Part shown: positions 61,682-64,000 of the stretch, piece by piece
How positions within the stretch are numbered: the stretch's first letter is position 1
How the letters are laid out: each line of letters starts with the position of its first letter
Assembly (NCBI GenBank): GCA_010015805.1
Contig: ML978121.1
Span: 3,100,001 to 3,164,000 of the forward strand
DNA from: Rhizodiscina lignyota
Lineage: Eukaryota
Direction of reading: 5' to 3'
Length of the DNA stretch: 64,000 nt
Translations under genes and position numbers: made by a program
Notes under the pieces: generated by a model
Told to the model about the DNA's origin: nothing
Database searches by the model: none
The model's input: only the letters and a program-made list of their open reading frames with translations

Positions 61682-64000
61682 GATGCCAGGTATTTGGACC
61701 CAAAGTCATGAACAAGATTCATATAGAGACCTTTAGCCATGGAGTTGGCGTTGCTCTTAAGGGCCTCGAGGGCATGCAGCCGAGCCGCCATAGCAAGCAG
61801 GAAAAGTGCTCGAGCATCTAGAACGCAATAAAGGCACTACCAAGCTATGCAGTCCATCATGGCCAGGGGAATATCGCAGGGCAATGTTCCAATGAAACGG
61901 CGATCGGCAGAGAAGGCATAGATGCGCGTGTTGGTCAAAGTGCACGCTAGCTTCTTGGCTCACTGAAAACTGCCTCAATCCTTCGCATGTTGGACAGAAG
62001 CACCAAAGATATTCGGAAAAAGCTTTTTAAGATGGTAAATCTGAGTTCTTTTCACTTGATGGAATAATGAAAAACAGCTTGAGATATGTAGAGATGAGCA
62101 AGTCAAGTCTCGCGTTGATGCCTGAGTCTTCCGACGTCGGAGGCTGCTCGAGAATATAGGTTAGCAACGCCGAGAGTGATTCGCTGTCCATACATGCAGA
62201 TAGAACCGGAGATCTAAATTATCATAAACATTTTGGAGACGCCAAACCGAATGTGTTTTGCCCCCTGGGGGACTGTAGTCTGGGCCAGTCCAACCAGTCC
62301 AGAGTATTGAGGTTCTCCTGAGGAATTCTGTTCGCGTGCTAACGGCAGGAAGCGGTAGCTCAATGATTAATGACATTGAAAATGGAAGTCCAAGGCCGAG
62401 TATGTCCTCCAGAGAATAGCATCCTGTATGACCCGGAAGAATGCGCTGCCGCAGTACACTGATGATTAGGCCCAAGCGACAGCCCCGCCCCTGCTCTCTC
62501 TCTCATCGTGTGGAGTATAATATAAAGTGCCACTATCGTTCAATTCGAAGTGCTCGCAGCTCCTTTGCGATGTGTGCGGCCCTGCCAAATCCTGGCACTT
62601 GCTTTTGGTTGAGTGGATGAATATCAATAGTTACATCGTAAAGATGTCTGAGTATTCCATGTATACCTTCTTGATCTCACAATACATTAGTTAACTCCCG
62701 GGCGGCCTGTCACAGTCAGTTGATATGACTACTACACGGAAAGGCAGTGTCTTGTAAATTCGGCTTCTAAGGGAGGATGGATTTAGAAGTTACATGTCGT
62801 CGAGCTAAAGAAGTTTAAGAGACACCTGTTCTGATGAGCTCATATTACTCGGCACAATTTCCTGAAATCGCTCTGAAGGTTTCCTTGCAAGATAGAAGAG
62901 ATTCTCATGAAGGAACGGTACAAACCAGAAGACTGTTCAAAATTTGAGATATGAATGCTAATGCCAATGATATGGAATGCGTAGAGCATTACGGAGACCC
63001 CGTTCCTTGATTCGTTGAAGATGGTAGATCGCGCAAAGTTTATCGTTGGATCTTAAATCCATGATCGTCTTAGCGTCTAGTCAAGGGACTTAGCGTAGAG
63101 GCGACTATCCTGGCCTCTCATTTGTTGTCTCGTGAATGAATCTTGAGGCGAAGTCTTTGTAAGATGGAAGTAATATCAGAACTGTGTAAAGGACGAAATC
63201 CGAATCGTCACATCGAAAGCAACATTTCTAAGGCCCCCTGCCCCTGACTTGGCGAAAATGCTTGGCGAGGCTTACCAATTTGGACGCTAAACCGAAAAAA
63301 GAAGAGACTCGTAGACTTGTCGAACCGCGCAAATCTTCCTATCTCGACCTTTTCTCATCTCGGGAGATTCTTCATCCTTTTTCGTTTCCCGGCGAATCCT
63401 GCAAAAGCCCTGCAGATGACAGGCAAAATATATCCAGATATCCTTCCCGCAGGGGACTAATTCCTTTCACAGAGCGAAATGCATTGCTCAATCTAAAGGG
63501 GACAGTCTCTCGTCGTGGGAAGTTGTCGAACTTACATATATCCTCCCCTAAAACCAGAGCAATAGATCCTGCAGATTCGGACCTTTATGCCCCCTTGCAG
63601 TACTGGAGCTTAAGACAATCTTCGCGGCAGACCGATATATCCGAAGAGTTTCGTTCGTTACTAGTCAGCCCCAAAGCATGCGGGCTAGCACGTACCGATA
63701 TGCAGTTCTAGTTCATCGATCATTAGGAGACGATTTTGCTAGATATTTGAGCTTTATTTAAACTTCTTCCTTTCCACTATTCTCGCACTAGTCGTTTGCT
63801 GAGGTCAGCGATTAAATCTCGTATGGCTCCGCAATGCAGCTGTCTCTGCTCCAACTATCAGCCTCGTGATGACTACGCTGTACACTGGGTCGCATTATGA
63901 TATCTACCTAGGACTGGGGCTACCGCAAAGCGTATCATTATGATCTATTACCCTCGAGGGTTATGATGACCGGAACCTGGTACGCCCACTAGACAGCTGC

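Noticed and set aside
61700..64000. Possible transposon relic or gene, including the 149-aa ORF at 63262
   Set aside because: No recognisable domains, terminal repeats or ATG-initiated coherent ORF by eye; treated as intergenic.

Overview
Gene-dense, intron-containing region of a filamentous ascomycete genome (Pezizomycotina; Dothideomycete-like by impression, not determined). About 24 protein-coding genes are supported. Core genes: the 5' end of the class I G-alpha subunit, PRM10/ThrE, acetoacetyl-CoA synthetase, an Atf-type bZIP factor, glyoxalase II, RRP5, NAD kinase, an Mtc2-like AAA protein, MGM1 and DUG3. Accessory genes: a CFEM membrane protein, an esterase, two SDRs, an isochorismatase, GT25, an F-box protein, a peroxisomal acyl-CoA ligase, a GPI wall protein, an EGF-like membrane protein and a ferric reductase. 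I saw no RNA genes, intact transposons or secondary-metabolite backbone genes. The best non-obvious observations: (1) a hidden 3-exon, 181-aa Gln-rich gene with (KQQQGG)4 repeats and a bZIP-like basic/coiled-coil segment at 39346-40078, absent from the ORF track; (2) a diverged ~135-bp inverted duplication that still aligns at the protein level at 34390-34845; (3) a spliced upstream exon adding a mitochondrial-type presequence to glyoxalase II; (4) a ~1-kb ATG-depleted leader with one uORF plus clustered CRE sites upstream of the bZIP gene; (5) a DUF1308 putative nuclease head-to-head with RRP5; (6) an unusually long intron in the acetoacetyl-CoA synthetase gene. All exon models are read by eye and need RNA-seq confirmation.
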